Below are positions 52,042 to 64,000 of a DNA stretch of 64,000 nucleotides, one piece after another; position 1 is the first letter of the stretch, and each line of letters starts with the position of its first letter. This DNA comes from Raillietiella orientalis (taxonomy: Eukaryota): positions 496,001-560,000 of the forward strand of contig JAYWIR010000016.1 of NCBI GenBank assembly GCA_036172245.1. Direction: 5' to 3'. A program made the translations under genes and the position numbers. A model generated the notes under the pieces. The model was not told the origin of the DNA. It ran no database searches and was given only the letters and a program-made list of their open reading frames with translations.

Positions 52042-52393
52042 TCAAGGGCTGTTCAGGGGATTCCATGTTCCAAGTGCTCCAACAATTATAGCTTTAACTT
52101 CGGCTTGAATTCCTTTTCCTCGTAAATGCAGGGTTATTCCCCGATATTTATTTTCCTTATCCTTACTTGCAGAGCCAAATGCTTCCTCCGTATATTCAAA
52201 AGGACAGGAGACATGAACAATTAGTGTACCATTTCTGCAGTACAAGGTCAGGTTTCAGGCTGGAGTTGCAACCTGGAACAGCTTGGTTTGCCGATATTAC
52301 TTTCCATCCTGCTGTATCTTGAGCTGCTGCTTTCGTCCTTAAAGCAGTGCCATCATATCTGGCTGTGTAGAGACGATAATGCCTGCAGTTCCC
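52042..52393 (-). mobile_element. Well-preserved Utopia/NeSL-type restriction-like endonuclease fragment
   Basis: NCRHYRLYTARYD..LRTKAAA..GWKVISANQAVPGCNSSLKPDLVLQK / (frameshift) LIVHVSCPFEYTEEAFGSASKDKENKY..LRGKG...IIVGALGTWNPLN. A canonical PD..(D/E)xK RLE layout, with the second catalytic D read as H. Confidence 0.92.
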
Positions 52394-52989
52394 AGGGAGT
52401 TACACCGAGTTCCATTCGCTTGGTATTTATTTCTTTATTTATTGTCTTTCTCTCCAATTCCACCAGTCCTTCCTTGGTCCATGCCAAGTGAGGATACTCC
52501 TTTTGGGCAAGGGCCGACATAGATCGGTATCCAGTTGCATTTGTTTTAATTAATTGACTTATTTTAAAAAAATGTCCTGGTTATCCGGGCCGAAAATCTC
52601 ACGTGAGCTGAATCCATTTCTGCGTTCAGCATCCGTCTTCCCCGAGGAACCGACTCTTTTCTCGCCAGTGGAACCTCAATGCTTCCGTCTTCATGACTAA
52701 GGCGTTGGTTTCATCGTTGCACCCCGAATCGCTCCTGCTTGGCAGACACCAAGTGGACAGGTTCGTAGGGTGTCAGTGGTCATCCTTCACGTCATACGGG
52801 AGATCATGTACAGACCCATGAGGGAGTTGCCTGGCTTCTCCGGAAACCCTCTTCTTTGAAAGCCCTTGAAGACCGACGAGTGTTACCGGAGTGGGGACTG
52901 GACCACGGCAGCGAAGAGAAAGATCCCTTCCTTTGCTTCGCATCAAGAAGTCGGCAGAGAGACGAAAACAGCCGCCTGTAGGCCACACA

Positions 52990-54872
52990 GCAAGGAAGAG
53001 ATATGAGCGGAAAGATGCGCACGAGGTCCCTCAAGAGGAGCACTCTGTTGGGCTCACTATGAGCTCGCACGGAACCGAGAGATGTACAAAAAGAGCAGTC
53101 CAGAGAAATGCGAAGCGCTCATGTACTCGGATCAGCTGTGGAGAACGACCTGAAAGGCGAGGACCAGGGAGATCGACTTGCCCGGAAGGCGAAGTCCTAC
53201 GGGGAAAAACAGGCTGCCGGAAAAGAATTCCAGATTCAGCATCCGGAGGAAGGATAGCTGAGGTAGCCCGATCTGGGGCTGGATGCTGAAGAATGCTGGA
53301 AAGTGTTCGGCGGAAATTATTCCGTGTGCGGCCCATCCCTTGCCAGAAAGGGCCGAGGTAAGACGAGGAGAAGAGCCAGACATGGTCTATGGCCCAGTCT
53401 CTTTCCACCAGAGACCGTGTTCCACGCTCGGCGAAGAGCTTGCTTCCGGAAGACGAATCCGCAGGAAAAAGATGCTTCTTTTCTTTTGGCGAAGGATGCT
53501 GGTGTATTTTTCTCCCTCTTCTCAGAGAAGGCAAGGTGCACCATCATCTTTCCACACGAGTTTCCTCCTTTTCAGGGATGCCTCAGTGCTCCGTTTTCAA
53601 GGCCTCTCGTTCACTCGCCATGGCATCAACTCGTTCGCTCCCATCGGTAAGAACCAGGTCATCTACCTCTTTTTGCCGCCTCGAAGAGTTCTTTCGCCTC
53701 CGAGTGGTGGAGCACATCAGGTGCGTTGGTGGCGTCGCGGATACCAGACTCGGCTTTTGCCCGGAAAAGCTGCAGGAGGAAGCAGCCTATCTCAAACAGC
53801 TCAGAGATGATCAGAGCTCTTGGGACACCGTACGTTTCCGCGCATCCATCACTACAGCCTCCGTTCTCGTGATGCATCCACGCTGGACGTCAGGATCCCG
53901 ATACCCGTGCCCTTCGCATGGCTAAAGAGGCGCTACTGAGAGATGCAGACCAAGGCAGATACCCTTTCAGGTAGCCTCTGAGGCCGGCTGGCTCTTCGGT
54001 TCGATGATGACTGGCGCAACATGCTGAGGGGAGATCTGCCAGAATTCCAGGAAAAGAATTCTCCGTTAGACTGCTCGCGAATCCACCATGGCTCCGCTAC
54101 GGTCTGCCTCTGAAACCTTTCCTTGGGCGTCATAGTTTCTGAGAGAGTTTCCAGCGCATGGAGAGCTCCTCTCACGAGATTCCGTAAGGTTACGGAGGCA
54201 GACGATCCTCGAAAGCCGTCGAGTCCTGCTTCATGGAGGCTGGGCTTCGGCAACAGGGAAAGAAATGCTCCTCTTCCCTCTGCACGGCCTCAAAGATGCT
54301 GCGAGGGAATCTCGGCTTCCCCGGCATCGCTCGAGCTTGGGCCTGCCAGGTCCCTCGAGTTCCCCCGAATGGTTCCACAACGCAAGATGGAGCATCCAGG
54401 AAGCTGCGTTGCCTCTGCGTTTCCCAATAAGTTCATGGGGGGCGCCGTCGCCAATGCCCGTCCTCCGCGAGACGCGGATCCCTGTAGTCTGCCTGATTCA
54501 GGAAACCGAGGCAATCGGCCAACCAGGCTGAGGAGCAGCCCTTCTGATCACGAAAAAGGAGATTCTGGGAATGCGAGGGAGAGGGATGTCCGATGGGTTC
54601 GACTGAAGAGTGAAAGACGGAGACTGAAGGGAGGAAATCCGAAGCCGGATTTTGGCTGCCAGGTGGCCAAACTCTGGCTCCACCCAAGTGTCGAGGTCGG
54701 AGTGCCTGACGGCGGCAACATGAAAAGAATCAATGATTGGCAGCTGCGCCAAGCACGACGTCTCCTTTCCCTCTCCTCCAGGAGACGCAACCGGCACCGG
54801 ACGTTCTTCTTCGACGGGATAGAAAAGTCGCGCGCTCCTTCGCGGCGTCACAGCACGATGGTTCCAGCCTAG
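52990..54872 (+). mobile_element. Compressed near-full-scaffold R2-like element
   Basis: Zinc-finger-like CARGPSRGALCWAH, KNAGKCSAEII, FSRP, LGFCP, DDQSSWDTV, CLIQET, KPDFGC..VEVGV. Confidence 0.6.
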
Positions 54873-55279
54873 CAGCTTCCACTCATTTCTTCCTCCTCGT
54901 GAATGTCCCGCGCCCGCAGCAGCGAGGTCGGGCCGCCCCGCGAGTGGGAAGGACACTGGGTCCGAGGCTCAACCAAAGGTTGGAACCGGGGCGAAAGAAG
55001 ATTTCATCGTCTTCTGCTTCCTGTCTCCCCGGATGGATGCGAGGGAGGGAAGCATCACGACTCCAGAGTCAGAATTTAGGAGCCTTTTCTAGGGGAGGAC
55101 GCGGCTGTGGCGTCTTAGGGTGAAGCATCCCATCTGATCTGTGCTGAGTAGCTCAGGTCAGATGGTCAGGTCAGCCAACCCGGGACCAATCAGTCTGCCC
55201 CCTCTCCCCCTCCTCTTCTCGAGCAGAAGAACCTTTACCATTCTTTCTCCTCGAAGGAGAGGACTGTAGAGAGTGTGGG

Positions 55280-56560
55280 TGGGCGGGGGCGGGCTGCTCA
55301 GTCCCAGCCTCCTCCCCGCCACCTTCCCAGATATGTACGGAACACCACGGCGGCCAGCAGGTCTGGCGTAGAGAACTCTCGAGCAGGCTCCCGCGGACTC
55401 ATGGATGTCATCACTGACCCAAGACTGGGGAGCCACCTAGGAAACGGGACTGCACATGCAACTCGTCTTCCAGAGCGGCAGGAGACGCCCGGAGAACGAC
55501 CCAGCCGGAAGTTCATCGTGGTCACCGTGGCGCTAGCACCGAGACATCCACGCGTATCGACATTATCTGGAGGAGGACCGATGTAGGTCTCTGTATTGAG
55601 GGAGAGACCCCTGTTTTTCATGCAGCAGGCAACAGAGGTCATTCCGGCCGAGCGAGGCTTCTCGACAGGGAGGAGTGGGTTAGCTCAAAGATCGGAGATG
55701 GAACGTCCGAGACTCAAGAAAGGAGTGAGAGCGCTGGGTGCTGGAGAAAGGGGGAGGGGAGTGCAGCAACTGGTGCCTTGACTGCTGCGCCAGAGTAGGC
55801 GCGCCCAAGCTTGCTTTCCGGAGACTTCATGCGCCTCCGGCGTTGCGGCATTCCCTTTCTTAGTGGATGGGAACTTTCCTTGGGTTGGCGTAACTCTCCG
55901 TCTCTCCCTTCTCCCTCCCTTTTTTTCATCCCTTGATCGCCTTCGGAGATTCTTGGACTTGAACGCAGGCAGAGACACCCTCCACCACCTTCGGTTGCCA
56001 AGGAACTTCTTGAGCTCAGGATCCGAGCAGGACGAGTCAATTTTATGGTATTCTCCGATTCCTTGCTCCACCAAGAGGAGGAGGAACCTTCGCGAGCCAT
56101 CCAGGAGATCGTCCTTTGGTCATGTCCTGAGAGAGGCATTCCCAGAGCACAGAAACATTCCCCTGGAAACCGAGGAACACAAGCTCATCTTACCTCGAGG
56201 ACTGCAGCCCTAGGAGCCCTCGTGCGAAACCACGCGGCACCCGGAGACTCGATCCCTGCCTGTCGCAAGAGGGGACCCCTAGGCAGGAGTCCAACTTCCG
56301 GAGTGGAAGGCGTCAAGGCACGCTTTCTCTTGCCAGGACCGGGAGAGAGGGGGGAAGGCGAGGATTGCCACTCCTCTACCCTTGATCCTCCCTGCCCTCT
56401 CCACAGAGTCTTCCTCGTTGCTGCAGGCGAGGGAGGCATGGCCTTCAACGGCTAACGCGAACTTTCCGGAAGCACCACGTGGAGAAGGACTGACGAGCTC
56501 GATGGGGATGGAGATTGTATTTGCGCGCCGCGTCTGGAAGGCTCTTCTAGAAAAACAGAG
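55280..56560 (-). mobile_element. R2-like RT-thumb-RLE remnant
   Basis: RRAFQT, EGGGG, WARLLWRSSQG, L*AKPLLP, GRNDLCC..GSLPQ, WRGGGW. Confidence 0.55.
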
Positions 56561-56949
56561 TTGAGGGAGGAGTGAAGGCAGCTGGAGGAGCATCCTCCTC
56601 CTGTGGATCCGAAAGGTGTCGACCGGCTTTTCTTCGGGAAGTCGGAAGTCCGGAAGCTGCATGCGGGGACTGGAAGTAAGAAGTCCGCGAGAGGAATGGG
56701 AGGAGGCTTCCAGATAGAGACGCATTATCCCGAAACTTCCACATCGAGGTCGGAAATCTCCGCTAGCCCTCCCGGAGGAGAAGCTCCGGGCTGCCTCCGC
56801 TCTTGTCGAGAGAGCGCCAGACCTTCCCGTGTGTCAGCCGTGTGTGCCCTCAGCAGAGCTCGGAGATCGGAGGCCGGGCAGGCCAGCTGTCAGCCCTGGA
56901 AACCAGAGCGACTTGGGATACTCTGGGGAACGTAGCCGGGGGCCGGCGG

Positions 56950-57880
56950 GAGATCTGGTGACAGAATCTGCACAACGCGCGGTCCGCGCGAGAGCCGAGC
57001 CAAGTGGACAGCCGGAGCGCTCCCGATGACGTGCGGAACCAGTGTCTAATTGGCTCACAGGAGAAGTTGATTCCTTGATCTCTCCCTCTCTCGATCCGGG
57101 TAAAGAAGAGAGTTGCCAGCATCTTGCGAATCCCCATCCACGGACTGCCTACGAAGTCCAAGATCTCGCTGCCATCCGTGGGATCGGCATCAGAGGGGAG
57201 AAGTTTCTCTCCCAGCACGACGGAGGAAGATAGCTGGAGGATCTCGGGAATTCCCTTCTTTCGAAAACCGGCCGGATGCCCCTGTTGGCTGGCCTCCGGG
57301 GTTGGAAGTTGACCCTCCGGGGTTCTTCCAGGAATCAAGGAGTCCTTCCGAGTTTTACTCCAGTTGTAATAATGGAGCCATCCATGGAGTTGTTTGATAA
57401 CCTTTTCGGGGGTTGCCTCTCCATAGAGTCAAGAAGTGCGCTGCTCCCTTCGGGGAGCGCCATTCAGAGAAATCGGGAAGCGTCCTTCGGGGTTCTTTCC
57501 AGAGAAGGAAACGAGAAACAGTTCCTTTCCAGGGTGTCCCTCCGGGAAAGAAACCAAGAGCAGCCCCTCAGAAAGTCTCTCCGGAGAGAATAAGGAAGAG
57601 GTTTCCTTCGGGGTTTCCTTCGGAGACGACCAGGGCGGGGGTTCCCTCCCAAGAGTAAGAGAGGAACGAATTTTTTCCTCGAAACTTCCTGGATTCATAG
57701 GGTGGTCCCTACTGGGGCATCTCCTTTAAATTGAGGAGTTAACACACCCTCGGGTAGCGTGGGCAGCGTCAAAGAGCTACGTAGGCCCACCCTGAGGAGG
57801 AGGGTGGTTCTTCAGCGCTCCTTGAGAACAAAAAGAAAAAAAAAAGAAAACTCGAAATAAAAATAAAAATAAAAAAGGGA
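56950..57880 (+). mobile_element. R2-like 3' end: thumb remnant, family B, poly(A)-like tail
   Basis: W*QNLH, SNWLTG, ILRIPIHGLPTKSK, then B (57262-57830) and an A-rich tail at 57830-57876. Confidence 0.75.
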
Positions 57881-58339
57881 GAGAGAGAGGGATCCACCTT
57901 CCGTTTTGGTCACCTGTTGCTTCTCTGGGAGAAAAAGGAAAAGTCCTCGAGGATCGCCCCTGCCATTTTCATGATTCCCTGTGCAGGCATGGTGAGCGCT
58001 TTTCTGGTCGCCGCTCGTCCCGTCGGAAGGGGGGCTGAGGCGCTTACGAAATGGGGGAGGTGGAGAGAAATGTGCCGTGCGTCTGGAGGGGGAGGTAGAC
58101 TGACATGCTGAGCTCTCGCCTTCATTCCCTGCTTCGCCTCTCCAGGAATGTGGATGTCCGTGGACCAGGCAAGGCGGGCCAGATCCTAAAAAAAAAAATC
58201 TCCCTCCTGGTGGCCTTTCTGGAGGAGGAATTCGTGTTCTCCCTCCTTCGTAGGAAATCCAGAATATTCTGCGTGCACTTTTGCAGAAGGAGAGCAAGCA
58301 GAAGGAGGAAGAAGAGGGAACACGAGCGGTGCTTCCCTC

Positions 58340-59780
58340 TCACTCGCTTGCTTGCCTAAGGAACGACGATCTGAACACACACGCAGCATCCTCGATGATC
58401 TGCCACTCTTTTGCAAGGCGGACGATCCGGGAAGCGAAATTTTCGCTATCCTGGAGTGTGGGAGCCTCCAAGAGTTCACAGATCGCGTCTGGGTTTCGGA
58501 GCATGGCTTCGATCCTTCGATTGCCATGGCATCCCGAGTGTGTTCGAAAGCAGTTCCAACCTCTCGCGTACTTTTCCAGACGGTTGATAACTTGGAGCTC
58601 GCCTTCGAGAACCTTCCCCTGCCATCCCACACTCTCTGAGGTATTGGAAGAAAACCACGCTAGGGCTCTTCCCGGAGATGGAAACGGCTCGATCTCTCAG
58701 TCTGTTCGCGGTGTTCCCTCGATCGATAAAAACCATTTTCCCGCCGGGCGCGACCTTCGCAGCCCACACCCAAATTTCCAGAAGGGGGGAAAGTTCTGCT
58801 CGCTCCTTCCGGGAGGACTGGTGGGCTCCTGCCGGGAAGTCGGTGGAAATGCAGCCGCGGTGAAGCGGCACCGAAGCCTTCCTGAAGGCCACCCGAACGA
58901 GAAGCCTTCCTGTTGGTCAGCGCCCACCGAAACGCTGGAACAGGGAGGTGTTTCTCTTTTCCCCGGGAGGAGGTCAGGTCGCACGTGAGGACACTGCTGC
59001 CACTGCAGCGGGGATGCGCGAACAGCCAAACGATCGGCCGGTTCCATTGCGATTTTTTTTTTCCTTTTTGCGAGAGCGCCAAGGTCTCTGAGCTGGTTCC
59101 GGGTGATGCCACGTTCACCAAGAGCGTCTGCAGCCAACCAGTCAGAAGAAGGATGTTTTTCTTCTAGTTCACTTACCTTCTCACCTCTCGGATCCTTTGA
59201 TGATCTGTGCTCGCCGCAACCATCGGTAACCAGGAAGCGATCGAGCTCCCTGGCTTCTGGCGCCCGCCGACGAATCCGAGCAGCACCGCCTTCGGAGCGC
59301 GCGATTCCCGCGAGATATTCGTATGTAGCCGCTTCCTCTCCGAAGAGGATTTCCCGACTGAGATATGACATGCTGTTTCATAAAGCGGGTCCATCTGGGT
59401 TCATCTCACCATACTGAGAGCTCGAGGCATCGAGCCGAGCACGTTTCATTCTTGGAAGCCGAAGGACTTTGTCAGGAGAGGATGCGACTTTGAACCAATC
59501 GGTGAAGCTTTTCACTCTCGATTAGATAACGAGACCGAACCGGAAGACGCTTTGCCTGTTTTTCCTTTTTCTTTTTTTTCCCGCGCGCTCCCGACTTCTC
59601 CTGCTTTCCTTCCTTCTTTCACCAAGAGCGATGACACGTTTTCCTCTTGTGATTTCCCGAAGCAATTCGGAGCATGTGTGCCGCCATAAATCTTCCCCAT
59701 CATCATGGCACTTATTGGTAAGTAGGATGCGCATCCCTTCTTGAGGAGCCGGGCTTTCCTCCGAGATCGCATTTTTCTAA
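58340..59780 (-). mobile_element. RLE-element RT-to-endonuclease remnant
   Basis: RLLKKG..SYLPISAMMMGKIYG (RT 1-2), TYEYLAG, NRLEKY, GCHG. Confidence 0.5.
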
Positions 59781-62700
59781 TTCTAATCGCATCTCTTGAC
59801 GAGACAACACATCATCACCACATGCTCGCCGCTTTATTGCCGGCAGGAAAAGAGGATGGCTCCCTCGCGCTCTTGTCTTCGTTTTTCCCCACCCCTTCGA
59901 GGAGCATTCACTTTCCAAGGAGATGGAGGAGCTACCGGATGCCGGGGAATCCCAAAGCTCGTTTCCAAGTCCGTCCCCTGCTTCCGATCGAGGCCACGCA
60001 AGACGACCGCGAGCGCGCGCGGGAGAGGCCGAAAATCGGTGCGACCCGGAGTCCCCTCCCCCCTTCCCCTCCTTCTACTCTTTCCCCGGAGATCCGCTCT
60101 CACGGACACATGCGCACGTGCTTCCCCGCCCAAGGAGCTCAAGAAGTTCAGCGCGCAGCGATGGTCGCGAACGCACGCGAGCGTCCTCGCGCGAGCGAGC
60201 TTCGAGCATCGATCTTCCGTAGGGTGGATCAATCCTCACCGTCTTCCAGCCGCCCACGGCTTGTGTTAAGCGCGAAAGCACCTCCCCTGGATGCCTTCGC
60301 GAAGAGCGGTGCTGCTGTCTCTTCCGACTTCCACTCACGTTGCCACCCATCGTCGCCTCTCCCTTGGAATACAAATCCTGCGCTAATTTCTTGTCTGCCC
60401 GGGATGAGGAGTGAAGCGGATAGGCACGGCGTGTCAAGACCGAACGTCTCTTGGAGTGATAAAAGACCTTTTCCCCTCTTCTCTGCCCGCCACACCTTTC
60501 GCGCGCTTCGGGAACGCACGCCCACAATTTTACAGAGGAAATGAAAAGCGTCATCTTCGGACCGTTCCTCTGCAGCTCGGGAGACTGCCGGTACTCCGCG
60601 TTGCGACAGCGCCGGCAGCTAAAGGACGGAGCTTAGTGGTTAAGAGAGCTATTAACAGGGATTCTCTTGTAATCCACGTTCAAATCGTCTAAAGTGGATG
60701 TTGGTAGGTCCACCTCAGATGTCGGCGCACGACGGTCGCCCATCGGCTTACGAAAGAAGCAGGAAAACTAACAAAAGAACGAAATGGCAAGTCCAGAAAT
60801 GAACGGTGCGTCATGCTGTCGATACGAGTCGGGAAAAGCGTCATCCAGGTCACAAGCAGCAAGTGGAATCAATGCACATGTGGTCTGGTGACCGAATTTG
60901 CCAGCAGTCAAGTAGACCCCAGCGCTGTCGTGCTGCCGTGCGGCGATGGCACGCGTTTCCACGGAAGGAAGCCGACTGCCTGCACACATGGAGCGGAGAA
61001 AGACGGGAGGGACATTTTCGCCGGCATCCGGCTACTTGTGCTTCAGGGATGTCTCTGAAAATGAGCCGTGCAAAGATCCTAAAGAAATAGGAAGGTCTGG
61101 GAGGTCCGGATCCGCGGACGAGAGGCAGCATGGAGACCTGAGAAATCTGTAAAGATCATCGATAAAGAGGGAGCTCTTTTGCTTAGCACTGGATCGAGGA
61201 GTTTTGTCAATTTTCCCCTTAATAAAGCACAAATCTTCTCCAATTCCCGAGGTACCTAAGGAATCCTAGAGCGCTGGAAAGTAAAACCAATTTCAGCCTC
61301 TGCAGCCGACAAGAATTCCTGGAGAAGGTCCTGGCCTCTCCGAAAAGAACAAAATGGAATAAGATGCCTGAAGTTCGCAAAACGGTAGGATTTGATCTCA
61401 AGTCTTAAACCGGCGATTCGCAAGTGGGCGAGCAAATCTTCTGTGTAAGTGGATTTGTCGGGGCACAGCTCGCAGGGCACGAGAGATTCTGGAGCACGGG
61501 CAGAACCGAGGGCGAGCAGCGGGCCCATTGGTGGCCGGCTGCCGCCGGATGGATGCCACCGGGTGGGCGGGCCACCGGAAAAAGAATACGCTATGGAACA
61601 CAGCGAGAGCCTGAAGCAAAAGTTTAGCAGCTAGGGATCCAAGCTATTTGTGTCCAAGGAGACTCGAGGTAATCGATCACCTCGCAGATAGCTCATGGAT
61701 CAGTGATGAGTGTTTGGAGTGAGAAGATGAAAGCACTTTCGAGCTCCCTTCGGTCTTCTACGGAGGCGACTGGACGGAAGCGCTGACGTTCCAGCTGGAT
61801 CTCATTTGTAATCCAGGTCGGGAGGATGCCAGCGAAATCGGAAGATGAAAAGAAGTGTTTCGTTTCACTCGCTTGGGATCGAGATGAATCACCCAAGAGA
61901 GCACCGGATGATGGCGTTCGGAAAACCAATGCAAAATACATTGACATGGAAACTCGAATGCCGGAGGGCGGAACTGGCGTTTGCTCGGATTAAGCGGTGA
62001 TGCGGCAATGGAGAGGGAGGTCGTGGAAGACGAGCACTTGCGGTGAGGATGCAGGTGAACTTCAGTTTTGCGGCTATCAGAAGGGGTGATTAACTGACTG
62101 CTTTCCAGTTGATACTGGAATGATGAAACGATGATGCTGTGGGTGGCTCTCGGGGCGGTGTCAAAGGAAAAGCCAAGGATGCCAACTTTCGGTAGAACGG
62201 AATGAGAAATTCGAAACTAAAGTGAGATTCCCTTTTTTTCTTTTTCTTTTTTTTTATTTTACCAGCGCACCACTACACATGAAGTCTCCGATTAGAACTC
62301 GTGTGCAGAAGAGTCAACCGCTTTCGAAGCAGCTTCCCGCCTCTGACGTTAAGAAACACACCGAAGCAAAAGCCATCACTGGCTAAAAGAATCTTCTCGA
62401 GAAAATTCGCATCTTCTGAGAAACAGAGAGGCTTCTCGTGAAAGGCAAGCTTTGGACCAGACGCACGTTTCGCAGCAGTTCTAACTGATCGCAGTCCAAA
62501 GGATTTTCTTGTCAACCGAGGCACACATTGCCCGATCCGACGACAAAAGCCGGGGGGGGGGGGGGAGAAGGCCGATCAATTACCATTCCTCATCGGTAAC
62601 TGAACATGGTTCTGGAATATCTGTGTCCGTGTCAGGACCAAGGCTGAAGCTTTCCGAACAGTAAAGAATGCTCTGATTTTTTCCTTTGTCTGTCATTAGC

Positions 62701-62899
62701 CACATCAGGAGGAAGCTGAAGCTGCATTCCTCAAGATCATTCATCTCAAAAGAGATCTTCAAAGCAAGCTGCCGTTTCATCTGCCGCGAGGAGTCCCGAT
62801 TCTGATTTCATCTCAGTAATGTCGAACAGGAGGCTTTTCTGTCAGAAGTGTCGGAGTAGTAATTAGGAAGGCGTGCAACTCCGGAAACACAAGAAAGAT

Positions 62900-64000
62900 G
62901 CCAACGAAGCGAAAGAAGAATCTCGGCGGCAAATTCAAAAATAAACAGGATGAAAACCAGCGTTACAGATACCTGAGATAATGGTGACCTCTCCAAAAGT
63001 GTAGTCCTTGGTTTTCACCGTGATAACTGCCATAAGATGCCGCCACTGTTCCGATACTGCGGAAAGAAACTGACAAGGACACGCGAAACGTGGAAAAATC
63101 AGGACAACGACGCGTGGTCCAGCATGATAAAGAAGGGTCTCTGGGAACTCTTCCACCCCCACCTCCCCCACCCTCAAAGACGGAAACCGAGACGTCTTCC
63201 ACGGGATCCGGGACGTAGACCTGGCACAGCCTACCCACGTATCTCCCTATCTTGAAAAAGATTGAGGATACTGCCCGGGTGAGGGGAACGCCCAACGATC
63301 CCTACTGATCCGAAACTCAAGGCCAGCCAGAAATCCTGACACCTCGTTTTGTAACGACGATGTGTTAGAAACATATGAAAAGTGCCAGTTGTTCCACGCA
63401 ACTATTGTTTTCGTATGTGAGTTGCGTTTAATCGATCCACCCCACCGCTTGTCCGGATGGAGACAGCTGCAGGTCAACCGAAGAACAAGCTAGGAACGGC
63501 TTCTGAGACAGTTGGCTCCTGTTTAAGGAAACAGCTTTGACCCAGAGACCAACACTGCATCGAGTTGCTACTGGCATCAGGGTGTTATTAGAAATCGGGG
63601 AGAAGAGCTGGCTGCACCAGATCTCTTCTCCCCGACTCGATGCCCTCTTAACACCCGGATGGAACTCAAGTAGCAAAAAATTCCAAGATCATCTAGATAA
63701 AAAAGAAGTGAGCATACATTGATTGCATGTGAGTGGACAGGAAGAATCTGCAAAGCGATAAACGAATTTGCCAGACCTGCATCCCTGGAAGCACACTTCC
63801 TCAGCGTCTCAATCGCTGAGGAAATTGCTGTGCCATGAGTATGTAGGCTCCCCAAAGCGTCAAGGGTCTTGAATGAGGGACGCCTGCTAGCTAGAAAATG
63901 CTGATGAAGGTGACGGAAGCTGCTCGTGAACCCTAATTAAGCCAACACTAAGGCGATGCTGCGCAATGATGGGGATGTTATGGAGAGCAGTTCCGAGATG
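62900..64000 (-). mobile_element. Utopia/NeSL-like RT remnant that continues past the window end
   Basis: FKTLDA..HTH..ISSAIETLRK, LANSF..PVH, GVKR, FSPISN, CSCLH, LGVP, IPWK. Confidence 0.65.

Overview
This is eukaryotic, repeat-dense DNA (roughly 50-55% GC by eye, with many homopolymer runs). I found no credible intact host gene, rRNA, true tRNA or CRISPR array. Most ORFs in the track are spurious or are frameshifted pieces of old retroelements. Reading across frames, much of the window is decayed non-LTR retrotransposons of the restriction-like endonuclease (RLE; R2/NeSL/Utopia-type) group, on both strands. About 30 remnants show RT, thumb, CCHC zinc-knuckle or PD-(D/E)xK motifs in the expected order; the best preserved are 52042-52393 and 40683-41230. 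No 28S rDNA, U2 or SL-RNA target sequence was recognised. Three dispersed, better-conserved modules also recur. H is a tRNA-like Pol III head with A and B boxes. A is a hairpin/A-rich linker with a covarying stem. B is an RLE-element 3' end with CUUCGG-rich tandem units and an A-rich tail. They occur in the order H-(A)-B-polyA at 9981-11190 (-) and 42677-43435 (+), which suggests a tRNA-headed SINE mobilised by R2-group elements. All motif calls are by-eye matches to family consensus, and boundaries are approximate.
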